Shown piece by piece: positions 1 to 13,059 of a DNA stretch of 64,000 bases. The first letter of the stretch is position 1, and each line of letters opens with the position of its first letter. The position numbers were made by a program, and so were the translations under genes. The DNA is taken from NCBI GenBank assembly GCA_030390025.1, contig CM059425.1, positions 166,472,001 to 166,536,000 of the forward strand, in the 5' to 3' direction. Origin of the DNA: Squalus acanthias. Lineage: Eukaryota. The notes under the pieces were generated by a model. That model had not been told where the DNA came from, made no database searches, and saw nothing but the letters and a program-made list of their open reading frames with translations.

Positions 1-1199
1 TGGAACCAACACAATAGCTATACCCAGTTTAAAGTGTTAAAAACTAACACTTCGAACAGAAACACAGAACATTAAAAAACCATGTGCCTTTGTAAAAGTA
101 ATATCAAATGAAAGACAGGAAACATAAGTTTGTAATACAACCAATTGAAGTAGCTAGGTAAACAATTATGTACTCGGTTGAAGTGGGTTTAAATTTACAT
201 GTTGTAAAAGATACAAACAGAAGACTTTGAAAATATTACATCAATAGATGCACCAAGTAATCACATGGTTTTTATATTGAACTTGGAACAGTTAGGAGAC
301 GCGAAGTCTGGCTTACAACCAGTTAAAGTGATTTAAGAATTCAATAGAAGACCGTCGTAAGAAAGGCATCAAATAGATAAATCTGTTATAACCATTTTCT
401 ATGATAAGTTTTGAAACACTGACACAGCAGATATAATTATGCATGCAGCAGCTGAACTGACAGTAAGATTAGAAAGAAGTCAACAGAAATATGACTAGAG
501 ATAATTAGCTTACATCAGCAGAAAACTTCAAAGGATATGCCACTGCAAAAAGAGTATAAAATATGGAACTTTCAGATCGGAAGTCAGAAGTCGCTGGAAG
601 GGGCAAGCGATTCTCAACTTCAGAGGCAGGCTCTGTAAGTTTTTAACTCTTTGAGTCTCGGGGATCAAAAGGTACTTTTATTTGATTTTGGTGGATGTCC
701 TGGATTATAAATAAGTATGAAGTGTGGAAATGTAACGAAGTTAAGATTTGAGAATAAGGATCTCTGATAAGAAATGTAAGCTATTTGTATTTTGAACTGT
801 TAAAGTTGCGATTGAATCACCAACTGTTAGCTGCATGTCAGTTCTTTAATAAATCTATATATTTTTAGAATTGTCTCACATAGTATTTCTGTATCAAACT
901 CGTGAACTCAATCTCTGTACACTCTTTGGTGAGGAGTTGCAGAATTCTGGGGGAGTTTTCCGGACCCTCATAATATCCGGAAGGTTACAGTCTAGTTAAA
1001 CTTATTAAAAGTGCTATCTGGAGGATGGTAACATCTTCAAGTCGTTCCTTTCCTTTAGGGAGAGATAGTCTGACCTTTAGACCAAATTAAGCATCTCTAG
1101 GATTCGGCTATCTCTAACTTTAGTTGAAGGTGAACGTCTGGGGAATACACCTGATCTGGGGTAGCCCAAAAAGGGCTAGGACTAGTAATTATCCCTTCA
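1..1199 (+). mobile_element. Probable 3' part of a long LTR, truncated by the window start
   Basis: No long ORF; AATAAA near 848; ends CCCTTCA exactly where the L2 RT sequence breaks off (1199/1200), resembling the CCCTACA end of the solo LTR at 39831. Left end and TSD not visible. Confidence 0.35.
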
Positions 1200-2580
1200 T
1201 GGCAGGGGCGGAAACGTGATTGGAGGGATTCAAACATGGAATTCCGGGAAAGATAGGCACGGATCTGGGAGGCGACAACACGTTCAAGGATTTTGGAGAT
1301 GAAAGGGAGGTTGGAGATGGGTCGGTAGTTTGCAAGGATGGAGGGGGTCAAGGGTTGTTTTTTTGAGAGGGGTGATGATGGCAGATTTGAAGGAGTGGGG
1401 TCAGTACCTGAGGAGAGAGAACTGTTAACAATGTCAGCTAACACGGGAGCCAGAAATGGAAGTTGGGTGGCCAACAGTTTAGTGGGAATAGGGTTGAGGG
1501 AGCGGAAAGTGGGTCTCATGGACTAGATGAGCGCGGAGAGGTCATGAGGGGAGATCGGAGAGAAACTGGAGAAAGATGTGAGTTCAGGGCTCGGGCAGGG
1601 GGGAACCTTAGAGGATGTTTGGCCTGGTGGGCTAGGGGAAGGAAGGGAAGTGGCTGAGGCAGCTGATTGGATGTTCTCAATCTTAGAGACAAAGAGGTCT
1701 ATGAGCTCCTCACACTTGTTATCAGAGGTGAGGGTGGAGGAGACAGGGGAGAGGGGTTTAAGAAGACGGTTAGCAGTGGAGAATAGAAGCCGGGGTTTAT
1801 CTTTGCATTCCAGAATGATTCTGGAATAGTGAGCAGTTTTGGCAGACGAGAGCAGGACCCGATAATGCTTTATGTGGTCCAGCCAGATCTGGCGGTGAAT
1901 GGCTAAACCAGTTGTCCGCCATATCCGTTCAAGTCTGTGTCCCTTGGAGTGAGCGAAGATGAGGGCCGTACCAGGGGGAATGGCTAGGGTGAGAGAGAGT
2001 AATGGTTTTAATAGGGATTAGGGCATCAAAGATGGTGGTGAGGGTGTGGTTGAGCAGACCGGTAGCTGCAGAAATGTCATGGTGAATGGAGGGCCAAAGG
2101 CTGGAGAGTTGGGATTTCATAAGTGCAGTTGTAAGAGGGTTGGGAGAGAGTTTTTTCCGGGGGTGGACATAGAAGGAAGTAGGGTTGGGTGGTGGGGTGG
2201 GGGGGTGTGGTGGTGGAAGGGGGATGTGGGTGGAGAGCGATACAAGGAAGTGGTCAGAGATGGCCTTATCTGCGATTGACACGATGGGTGTAGCGAGGCC
2301 GTGAGAGATGGCAAGATCAAGGTGGTGCCCATGAATATGGGTTGGGGAGTTTCATGGAGGGAGAGATTAAGGGAGGATATGAGGGTAGTGAACTCAGAGG
2401 AGAGAGATCATGATGAATTGAGATGGAGGTTGAATTCACCGAGGATGAGAAGTCGCTCGGTGCAGAGGCTGAGGGAGGAAATCAGTGAAGATGTCTTGGT
2501 GATAACATTTTTATGGTACTTGGGTGGGTGGTAGAAATCGAGAATTTTAAATGAGAGGTGAGAGGGGTGGAACAAACATC
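1200..2580 (-). mobile_element. Decayed L2-clade LINE ORF2 fragment (endonuclease C-terminus to RT N-terminus)
   Basis: Frameshifted minus-strand peptides FYHPPK..LLILGEFNLHLN, PWYGPHLRSL, PIPTKLL..LANYRPISNLPFISKILERVV..FESLQSRFRPCH; homologous to the L2 at 26756-28262. Confidence 0.85.
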
Positions 2581-3049
2581 TTGTTAATAGGGACGATTGA
2601 GATGCCCTCTGAATTTTAACTGCCGGCTGTCCGTTTTTCAGGCCATGAGCTGAAAATCTTCCCCAATAAAAATAGTGCCACATGGGTTCTAATGATAAAA
2701 TCGATTCAAAACAGCAAGTAATATAGATTTCTTCAGATATTTGTTAAACACCCTTTTAGATTGCAGTAAAACCAGGAAGTATTAACTAAGCACTTAACTC
2801 TCATTGGGATCAATTTTCATTTCAGGTGCAGATCAGGTGGGCAGGTTAATGATAATTGGGTCTCATTTAAATTTGAGAGGTGAGCTGGCAGTGGTAATTA
2901 TGCAGCTCATCATTTGGGAGGTTGTGAAATCCTGTGGGCCTGCCCCTTTTTAAAGCAAGCAAGCAAGTAAGCATCACTTGGAGGTGGAGTTTTCATTGCT
3001 GATGTGTGGAGCACGTATTGTGGAGTCCCAGCACAATGTCGATTGCTGC

Positions 3050-4480
3050 AACACCCTGATTTTCTGATACTACAGTGGAGGTACTTAATGAAAACATCAG
3101 GGCCAGGCAGGAGGTCCTGTTTCCCTCAGATGGCAGGTGGGTGCCATGACAAATGTCAGGATGCATGGAGAGAGGTGGCTGAGCAGGTCAGTACCAGAAC
3201 TTGGTTGTAGTGCTGGAAAAAATGTAATGACCTTACAGGACTGCCATGGTAAGACTCTTCTTCACATCTCTCTTACTCTGAATACAGCCCTCCGACACCA
3301 CAGTTCCCTCCAGCACTAGCAATCCTTCCCTTCTCTGCTGCACAAGCCTATTTTCCATTCATAACAGGGCACTTTGCTACACCTCCTTCTGCTTACACTC
3401 ACATTCAACACCTACTACTGTCCTCCAAAACTGGCACAAATGACAATCTCTTTTTTTAAATCTTGTTTGGACTTTGATTAATTCTCACATTTTTGTTCAT
3501 TTCTTTGGTACTTCGCACCATTTCAACCAACAACATCTCCCTCTTGCTGGCACTTGCTGCTGCTTCCTCTCAGCTTGCATTCTATTTTAAACTGTTTCTC
3601 ACATCTTCGCAACCCTTTCACAGGCCACACACTAACCCACTCCCACACTTTCTGCAGGACAGGCTTGCACAGAACACCAGGGAGACTGGAAGAACTGGCG
3701 GCGGTGCTGTCATGTTGTGAACTCTCACTCCAATGGAGGATGCCACCATCAACATCAGAGGGAGGAGACGCAGCATTGAAAATGGTGAGGCTGGAAGCCT
3801 TGCACAGCAGGGTGTTTGTCCATTTTCCCTTCCTTTACTCTCTAGCACAAATGCACACTTGCACGCACAAACAGCATAGTACATTGGGGCTGCATTGCGC
3901 TTCCACTTGTCTGCTTGCCCTTGACATTGCATCCTAACCCTTGTAACTCTGTACATTTTCTATGTCCTTCTGATGACTCAGGCCCTGCAGCTGCACAGAT
4001 GGGGAGGGGTGCTACCCTCCTGCAGGTGCACTGTCACTTGCTCATACCACCCCAAGCGCCAGCACAAACATCAGCAACCCGGGTGGGATAGATAGTGAGT
4101 TAAAGGAGTCTGCACAGGGTGACCAACTAACAGAAATGGCTTGCCAAAAGGTAGGTTTGGGTCCTAGCTCTGCTGAAGAAGACAGAGACGCAGACTTTAG
4201 GGGCCCAGCCTTCAAAAGGTAAATGTTTTCTGCACACCAGCAATTGCTTAATGCATTGGATAGCCTGACAAGGAGCTACTGCCATGTATCTGAAATGGTG
4301 GCGGTGTCCGCTTCCAACTTGTTTGAGGTTCTGGCACATGGTCTTGACACTCTGCAGTTAGCCATGGAGTAAGTGGTCACCATAATGCGCATTGCAGCTG
4401 AGCCCTCCTTGCAGGAATCTGTGGCATCAGCATCTCTCCAGATGTCTGCACTAGCAGCATGCAGGCTTTGGACTCCACCA
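3050..4480 (+). pseudogene. Degenerate Harbinger Myb/SANT-like accessory gene remnant
   Basis: Decayed exon 1 (..EVLFPSDGR..AWREVAEQVSTR..C.KK.NDL) ending at GTAAG donor 3249; CTTTCTGCAG acceptor then DRLAQNTRETGRTGGG at 3658, matching exon 2 of the copies at 13585 and 44091. Confidence 0.6.
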
Positions 4481-4486
4481 GGGAAT

Positions 4487-7400
4487 GGTAGCATAGTGGT
4501 ATTGTCACTTGGTAGTAATCCAGAGGCCTGGGGAATTTAAATAAATCTGGAATAAAAAGCTAGTGTCAGTAATGGTAATCATGAAACTATCGGATTGTCG
4601 TAAAAACCCAACTGGTTCACTAATGTCCTTTTTAGGGAAGGCTATCTGCCGTCCTTACCTGGTTTGGCCTCTGACTCCAGACCCACAGCAATGTGGTTGA
4701 CTCTTAACTGCCCTCTGAAATGGCCTAGCAAGCCACTCAATTGTAACAAACCGCTACGAAACACAATAAGAATGAAACTGGACGGACCACCCGGCATCGA
4801 CCTCGGCACCTGCACACCTAGCCCAGTCGACCCTGCAAAGTCCTCCTCCCCAACCTCTGGGGATTGAGCCAAAATTGGGAGAGCTGTCCCACAGACTAGT
4901 CAAGCAACAGCCTAACCTAGTCATACTCGCAGAATTTTTCAGCCAATGTCCCAAACTCCTCCATCACCATCCCTAGGTATGTCCTGTCCCACCGGCAGGA
5001 CAGACCCACTAGGGGTGGTGGCACAGTGGTATACAGTCGGGAAGGAGTGGCCTTGGGAGTCCTCAACATTGACTCCGGACCCCATGAAATCGCATGGCTC
5101 CAAGTCAAGGCCAAGCATAGGCAAGGAAACCTCCTGCTAATAACCCCTCCCGCCCTCCCTCAGCTGATGAATCAGTACTTCTCTATGTTGAACACCACTT
5201 GGAAGAAGCACTGAGAGTAGCAAGGGCACAAAATGTACTCTGGGTGGGGGACTTCAATGTCCATCACCAAGAGTGGCTCGGTAGCACCTAAAGGACATAG
5301 CTGCCAGTCTGGGCCTGCAACAGGTGGTGAGAACCAACACAAGGGAAAAACCTACTTGACCTCGTCCTCGCCAATCTACCTGTCTCAGATGCATCTGTCC
5401 ATGACAGTATTGGTAGCAGTGACCACTGTCATTGTGGAGACGAAGTCCCGTTTTCACATTGAGGACACCCTCCATCGTGTTGTGTGGCACTACCACCGTG
5501 TTAAATGGGATAGATTCAGAACAGATCTAGCAGCTCAAGAGTGAGCATCCATGAGGCGCTGTGTGCCATCAGCAGCAGCAGAATTGTATTCCGTCACAAT
5601 CTGTAACCTCATGGCCCGGCATATCCCTCACTCTACCATTACCATAAAGCCAGGGGACCAACCCTGGTTCAATAAGGAGTGTAGAAGAGCATGCCAGGAG
5701 CAGCACCAGGCGTACCTAAAAATGAGGTGCCAACCTGGGGAAGCTGCAACACAGGACTACATGCATGCTAAAAAGTGGAAGCAGCATGCTATAGACAGGG
5801 CTAAGCGATCCCACAATCAACAGATCAGATCAAAGCTCTGCAGTCCTGCCACATCCAGTCGTGAATGGTGGTGGACCATTAAACAACTAACTGGAAGAGG
5901 AGGCTCTATGAATATCCCCATCCTCAATGATGGTGGAGCCCAGCATGTGAGTGCAAAAGACAAGGCTGAAGCATTTGCAACCATCTTCAGCCAGAAATGC
6001 CGAGTGGATGATCCATATCGGCCTACTCCTGAGGTCCCCACCATCACAGAAGCCAGTCTTCAGCCAAATCGATTCACTCCACGTGATATCAAGAAATGGC
6101 TGAGCGCACTGGATACAGTAAAGGCTATGGGCCCCGACAACATCCCGGCTATCGTGCTGAAGACTTGTGCTCCAGAACTAGCCGCACCTCTAGCCAAGCT
6201 GTTCCAGCACAGCTACAACACTGCATCTATCCGACAATGTGGAAAACTGCCCAGGTATGTCCTGTCCACAAAAAGCAGGACAAATCCAATCCAGCCAATT
6301 ATCGCCCCATCAGTCTACTCTCAATCATCAGCAAAGTGATGGAAGGTGTCGTTGACTTACTCACCAATAACCTGCTCACTGATGCCCAGTTTGGGTTCCG
6401 CCAAGGCCACTCAGCTCCCAACCTCATTACAGCCTTGGTCCAAACATGGACAAAGGAGCTGAATTCCAGAGGTGAGGTGAGAGTGACTGCCCTAGACATC
6501 AAGGCAGCATTTAACTGAGTGTGGCATCAAGGAGCCCTAGTAAAACTAAAGTCAATGGGAATCGGGGGGAAAACTCTCCACTGTCTGGAGTCATGTCTAA
6601 CACAAAAGAACATAAGAACATAAACAGGAGTAGGCCAGTTGGCCCCTCGAGCCTGCTCTGCCATTCAATAAGATCATGGCTGATCCAATCTTGGCCTCAA
6701 CACCACTTTCCCGCTCTCTCCCCATAACCCTTGACTCCCTTGTATTTCAAATGTCTGTCAATCTCCGCCTTGAATATATTCAATGACTCGCCTCCGCAGC
6801 TCTCTGGGGTAGAGAATTCCAAAGATTCACGACCCTCAGAGGAAATTCCTCCTCATCTCTGTCTTAAATGGGCAACCCCTTATTCTGAAACTATGCCCCC
6901 TAGTTCTAGATACCCCCACTAGGGGAAACATCCTCTCAGCATCCACCCTGTCAATCCCCCTCAGAATCTTATATGTTTCAATAAGATCATCTCTCATTCT
7001 TCTAAACTCCAACGAGTATAGGCTCAACCTTTCGTCATACGTCAAGCCCTTCATCCCAGGAATCCACCTCGTGAACCTTCTCTGCACTGCCTCCAATGCA
7101 AGTATATCCTTCCTTAAATAGGAGACCAAATCTGTACGCAGTACTCCAGGTGCGGTCTCAGATGGTTGTGGTGGTTGGAGGTCAATCATCACAGCCCCAG
7201 GACATCTCGGCAGGAGTTCCTCAGGGCAGTGACCATCTTCTGCTGTTTATCAAGGACCTCCCCTCCAACATAAGGTCAGAAATGGGGATGTTTGCTGATG
7301 ACTGCAGTGTTCAGTGCCATTCACAACTCCTCAGATAATGAAGCAGTCCATGCCTGTATGCAGCAAGACCTGGACGATGTTCAGGCTTGGGCTGATAAGT

Positions 7401-8202
7401 GGCAGGTAACAATCGCGCCACAGAAGTGCCAGGCAATTACTATCTCCAACAAGCGAGAGCCTAACCACAGCCCCTTGACATTCAACGGCATTGCCATCGC
7501 CGAATCCCCCACCATCAACATCCTGGGGGGTCACCATTGACCAGAAACTTACTGGATCAGCCACATAAATACTGTGGCAACAAGAGCAGGTCAGAGGATG
7601 GGTATTCTGTAACGAGTGTCTCACCTCCTGACTTCCCAAAGCCTTTCCACCATCTACAAGGCACAAGTAAGGAGTGTGATGGAATACTCTCCACTTACCT
7701 GGATGAGTGCAGCTCCAACGAAGCTCGACACCATCCAGGACAAAGCAGCCCGCTTGATTGGCACCCCATCCACCACCTTAAACATTCACTCCCTCCACCA
7801 CCGGCGTACCGTGGCTGCAGTGTGTACCATCTACAAGCTGCACTGCAGCAACTCGCCAAGGCTTCTTCGGCAGCCCCTCCCAAACCCGCGACCTCTTCCA
7901 CCTAGAAGGACAAGGGCAGCAGGCGCATGGGATCACCACCACCTCCAAGTTCCCCTCCTAGTCACACACCATCCTGACTTAGAATTATATTGCCGATTCT
8001 TCATCGTCGCTGGGTCCAAATCCTGGAACTCCCTCCCTAACAGCACTGTAGGAGTACCTTCACCACACGGACTGCAGCAGTTCAAGAAGGCGGCTCACCA
8101 CCACCTTCTCGAGGGCAATTAGGGTGGGCAATAAATGCTGGCCTTGCCAGCGACGCCCACATCCCATAAAACAAGTTTATATAAAAAAAAAAAAAAAAAA
8201 AA
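4487..8202 (+). mobile_element. Near-full-length decayed CR1/Jockey-group (Zenon-like) LINE with poly(A) tail
   Basis: APE motifs (DRPTRGGG, GDFNVHH), RT motifs (GPDNIP, NYRPISLL, QFGFR, LDIKAAF, GVPQGS, FADD, IYKAQVRSVMEY), AATAAA and A20 tail at 8183-8202; multiple frameshifts. Clade label is from motif resemblance only. Confidence 0.85.
6607..7160 (-). mobile_element. 5'-truncated CR1 LINE 3' end nested in the Zenon-like LINE
   Basis: YLRKDILALEAVQRRFTR..LYSLEFRRMRDDLIETYKIL; tail repeat AAGAACATAAGAAC; host sequence CACAAAAGAA|GATGGTTGTG is contiguous in the paralog at ~19321. Confidence 0.9.
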
Positions 8203-8359
8203 TCTCCTCAACCTTGTACAGGCTGGGACACTGAATACATGAAGGTAGGGAAAAATGAACTTTCATGTTTAAATAAGGAAAGCACAAACTGAGTTTAACA
8301 AGAAAATTGATTGATTCTTCCCCCAGCCTTTGCATTGAGCAACTCGTAGTCAGTGCTTC

Positions 8360-9020
8360 TAATCTTCATCTCAACTCACCTTGACCCCTCTCTGCTTTCA
8401 ATGCCCTCCTTTCCTGCCTTAAGCGCGCTCTTCGTATAAATTCCCCTATCCATATTCACAACCATCCCCTTGACCTTGCCATCTCACATGGTCTCTCTAC
8501 TCCCTTGCTGTTGATCACCGTGAAGGCCATCTTAGATCACTCCTTGCTTTCTCACCACCAACATCCCCTACCCCTTTCCCATCCCGCTTCCTTCTGTGCC
8601 TGCCCTTGGAATAAACGTTCCCCCAAGTTACTTAAAACTGCACTTTCAAACTCCCAACAGTTTAGCCTGTGGTCCTCCATTCGGCATAATCCTTCTGTAG
8701 TTGTCGATCTGCTGAACTATTCCCTCTCCTCCATCTTTGGTGCCCTTATCTCCAATAAAACCCTTACTCTCCCACCCTAGTGAATCCCCCTGGCATGGCC
8801 CCTATCTTAGCTCCCTCAAACCTAAACTGTGCAGATTTGATCGTACCTGGTGCACAATTGGTTTAGCCGTCCATCACCAAATCTGGCTGGACCACATCAC
8901 AACTCGCTCCCCTTTACCAAAGCTACTCACTAATGCAGGATCATCCTGGAGACCAAAGATAATCCGGGCTGCTTTTGTCCCCTTCCAATTGTCTCCTTAC
9001 CCCCTCTCCACTGCCCCTTT
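8360..9020 (+). mobile_element. Old L2 fragment
   Basis: Similar to the reverse complement of 1900-2440 (LDLAISHGL, PWHGPYLSSL, LAVHHQIWLDH). Confidence 0.7.
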
Positions 9021-9039
9021 ACATCCAATAGCGAGTGGC

Positions 9040-9295
9040 ACTTCCAACAATGCAGCACATCCTCTGTACTGCATTGACATGTCAGCCTTGCTAATGTATT
9101 CAAATAGTGCCATGGGGTCTTTTACGTCCACCTCAGAGGGCAAACAGGGCCCTGGTTAAACGTCTCATCTGAAAGACTAACCTCAAAGTGCAGCGCTCCC
9201 TCAGTGCTCGATTATTTGGTCAAATCTGTGGAGGGTGGCTTAAATGCACAACCTTCTCCGAGTTGAAAGGTCTACTATTGAGCCAAAGCTGACAT
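9040..9295 (-). mobile_element. Degenerate tRNA-derived SINE, same family as 34102-34560
   Basis: Reverse complement begins GTCAGCTTTGGCTCAATAGTAG and contains CAGATGAGACGTTTAAC and AGGTGGACGTAAAAGACCCCA, as in the fuller copy. Confidence 0.6.
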
Positions 9296-9298
9296 TTT

Positions 9299-9995
9299 GT
9301 CCTTGATATTAACACCCGCACGACAGGAGGGAGAGGCTTGAGTGGAGGTTAAAGACTTAAATATGGGGAACATGCGCCACGCAAACGGCTGCCACCATTT
9401 TTACATCGGTGGTATTGGGGCACCCGAGTATGTCGCCATGGAGAGGCGGGATATTTAATTAACATATTTAAATTGGGAGCCTGATTTTAAAATTCACTAC
9501 TGCTGCGCGGACTTCCGAGTGATTGGGAAATCCGGCAGTGAAAGGGAGGTGGGAGCTGCCGGCTCCACAAAGTAAGTGCTACTTTTCGCACTCCTTCTGG
9601 GCCAGGAAGATCAGGAGTGCTCCCCCACGCCTTTCAAGGAAGCCTTTGGCCTCCCCCTGCTTATCGACGACCTGCTCCCCCCAGCCTTGTTTGCCGACTT
9701 CATCCCCCCACCCCCATCTAATTGCCAACCTGTCCCCCTCCCGATTGTCAGGGACTTTCCCTAAGGATCCGTGGCTGTGGCCTCTTGACCCTGGTTTTCC
9801 CTCCTAGCCACAGGCCAGGCTACAAATTTGGCCAGCTGCCGGTTGGGAAAGGAAACAAAAACATTTTATATTGAGGCCCTGCCCTTAGGTTCGGCAGGAC
9901 CTCTGTGTCTTCGGCCTTGCCGGATTTTCTGGCCATCTTTGGCCTTTGCCCCCCACCCCCCCCCCCCTCCCCGGCTCCCTGTAAATATTGAGGCC
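9299..9995. mobile_element. Non-autonomous Harbinger-type element (MITE-like)
   Basis: Imperfect TIRs (GTCCTTGATATTAAC / GTAAATATTGAGGCC); internal CAGGAGTGCT..GTAAGTGCT block shared in reverse orientation with 30160-30215 and 54665-54730. Confidence 0.5.
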
Positions 9996-11911
9996 GTTGC
10001 TTCAGACAAGCTCGATTTTAGATCAAAATTCAACACTCTCTTATTCAAGTTCATAATGTAAAATTCATCACTGCAATGTCAGTGAATCAGCATAAGCTGT
10101 TGTTACGGAGAGTTATCTGTATAAACATTGGTGCTAATATTGAAGGTATTCTCTAGGCATGAAAGGTTTTAAAGTGACAATGATAATGTCTATAGATAAT
10201 TGGTGAATCAAGGAAACTGGGCAGACAGAGGAGGCAGATATATCATTGCTCCAAAGTAGTAATAGTGAGTAGAATGCCCAATGCATTTTGTTTTATACAT
10301 TAAATTAAAATCAAGTTGTCCATAAAGAATTAATTCGTACAGTGATTTGCAAAGGCAAGAAATTTTATATTGAATTGAGTTATTTATATTATTGCATGAA
10401 CATAAAGAATGTTCCATAATTCTGTATTATGAGATGCACCAGTTAATTATCAGAAGTGGGAATTGTACACCTGGAGGTTTTGTGCGGGTGGTTGTTATCA
10501 TGGTCTAGGAGTGGTGTTATACTATTGGAAACCTCAGTGCGGGGGCGGGGAATGCTTTAATTTGGTTTGATTTCTAGCTGGTCAGGCCCAATATGCTTCT
10601 ACATCAATTTCTGAAGGAAATCTTTAAACTAGTGATAAAAAAAAGAACTTTAATTAAAAAATGGCACAACACCTTCTAAACCTTTTTTTGTTTGGGGAAA
10701 GGAAGCGTTAGAAGGGCCATAAATCATTTTTCTCAATGGCAGCATATACAAATTATGTGTTTATATCCATACTAATCAAATTTTCAAATTGCACAATCAA
10801 TGAGTATGCAGACAAACAAATGGAAAAAAGACTCATCAAAGACCTTTTTGTGAAAATGGTACCCCTTTAAAACCAATGAGTGTTTATGCGTTAGAAAAAT
10901 CTATTATAGCTGTACTGTTCTGAGCTCTTGCAATTTATCTCTTTGAGAGCTGATCTGCAGTGGTTATCAAACATTTGGATTGCCTCTGACTCTGGGCTTT
11001 AAATCAGTCACTGCCAATAATCATTGGGTCCTGGGGACAACTATTAAAATCTATATCTTTGTGGGATACTAAACCTCTCCACTCATACTTCAAATAAAGA
11101 AACTCGCATTCTACTGAATAAGAGTCTCTCTGCACCACTTACATATAGTTAAAGAGCCTGACTGATTAAACTACATTCTGCTGTTAGAATGGCACACAAG
11201 ATTCCACTGAGATCACTGCTGCTTGCATTCGCTGTGTTGCTGCACTAAGTATATGGGTTAGTGCCCATTTATGATTAGCTTCCAGTTGTTGCACCTTCAG
11301 TGCCAGCATACTTACGACAAGCAAGCCAGTATTACTTTGTTATACTGGACTGTACAGGCAAAATCAGAACTCTTTTTTATTTTAACACACATTTCCAGCC
11401 ACCACAAATGCATAGAAATTGAACTGCCAATAGTCTAAGAGATGCTAAATGTGGTTGGAGATGCATAGCAATTTACTGAGAAATATACTTCAGACATAAA
11501 AAGGCTTATGTAAGCTGTCTTCAGACACAGTGTTGTCACATTGCTGGAGATAAATGAATGTAACAAACACAGAATAGGGAGAATTTTGCATGCTCTGCTA
11601 TTTTTAAATAGATGTGCATTTGTGATATAATCAATACTAATCTATAAAGTATTCCCTTATGTCTGATGTGAATAATAAACTGACTTTAATGATGTGTGGC
11701 ACTTGAAGGAAGTGATTGATGAACGGCTCTGGAGAGTTTCCTGCAGAGTTTGCTGGCTATTGCTGATAATATGGCACAGCCACTACTGGATGGAAGATTC
11801 GCAAATATTGAGGATAGATGATAGTCACCAAAAGACTCTTGTAGATTTTCCTTTGCTAATCCCCACAGATACTAAAATAAGGGAGACTGAGAAAACAGTA
11901 GGCAGAGAAAT

Positions 11912-12108
11912 AGAAGAAAGAAAGACTTGCATTTGTACAGTGCCTTTCACAACCTCAGGACGTCCCAAAGCACTTTACTTCAAAAGTACTTCATTGGCTG
12001 TATAGTCACTGTTGTAATGTTGGAAACTGCAGCAGCCAATTAGTGTACAGCAAGCTCCCACAAATAATTTATTAATGAGCAGATCATCAGTTTCAGTGAT
12101 GTTGGTTG
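11912..12108 (-). mobile_element. SINE 3' half (DeuSINE/SacSINE1-like family)
   Basis: Reverse complement matches 34360-34550, including the GGGACGTCCTG..TGAAA..AAATGCAAG (TTTC)n tail. Confidence 0.7.
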
Positions 12109-13059
12109 AGGGGAAACATCCTCCCTGCATCTACCCTGTCAAGCCCTGTAAGAATTTTGTATGTTTCAATGAGATCACCTCTCATTCTTCTAAACTCAAG
12201 AGAATATAGGCCTAGTCTACTCAATCTCCTCAAAGGACAATCCCCCCATCCCAGGAATCAGTCTGGTGAACCTTCATTGCACTCCCTCTATGGCAACTAT
12301 ATCCTTCCTTAAGTAAGGAGACCAAAAGACTGTACACAGTACTCCAGGTGTGGTCTCACCAAGGCCCTATGTAATTGCAGTAAGACTTCTTTATTCTTAT
12401 ACTCAAATCCTCTTGTAATAAAGGATAACATACCATTTGCTTTCCTAATTGCTTGCTGTACCTGTATGTTAACTTTCAGTGATTCGTGTCCAAGGGCACC
12501 CAGGTCCCTCTGAATACCAACATTTCCCAATCTCTCTCCATTTAAAAAATATTCTGCTTTTCTATTTTCCTACCAAAGTGGATAACTTCACATTTCTCCA
12601 CATTATATTCCATCTGCCATGCTCTTGCCCACTCACTTAACCTGTCTATATCCCCTTGAAGCCTCTTTGCATCCTCTTCACAACTTACTTTCCCACCGAG
12701 CTTTGTATCATCAGCAAATTGAACACATTGCACTTGGTCCCCTCATCTAAGTCATTGGCCAGAACTTTTACCTTTGTGTCGGGTTGGGTGCATGCAGGCA
12801 GCGTAGCGGGTCAGGAACGTGATGTTCTGAGAAACGCGCTGCTCAGAGCGACTTTCACTTAATGACCCCAATTGAAAGACTCATGCGCGTTTCCCTGACC
12901 TATTAAATGGTGCGGGTCTGATGATGTCATCGATGACTCATTTCCAGCGCCTATATTTAAAACAGCCTTGCACTGAACTCGCTTGAAGGTTACCAGAGGA
13001 GGGTGGAAGATGACAAAGAAAGGCCACAGTAGTGTTATAACTTTGGAAGGATCGATAGC

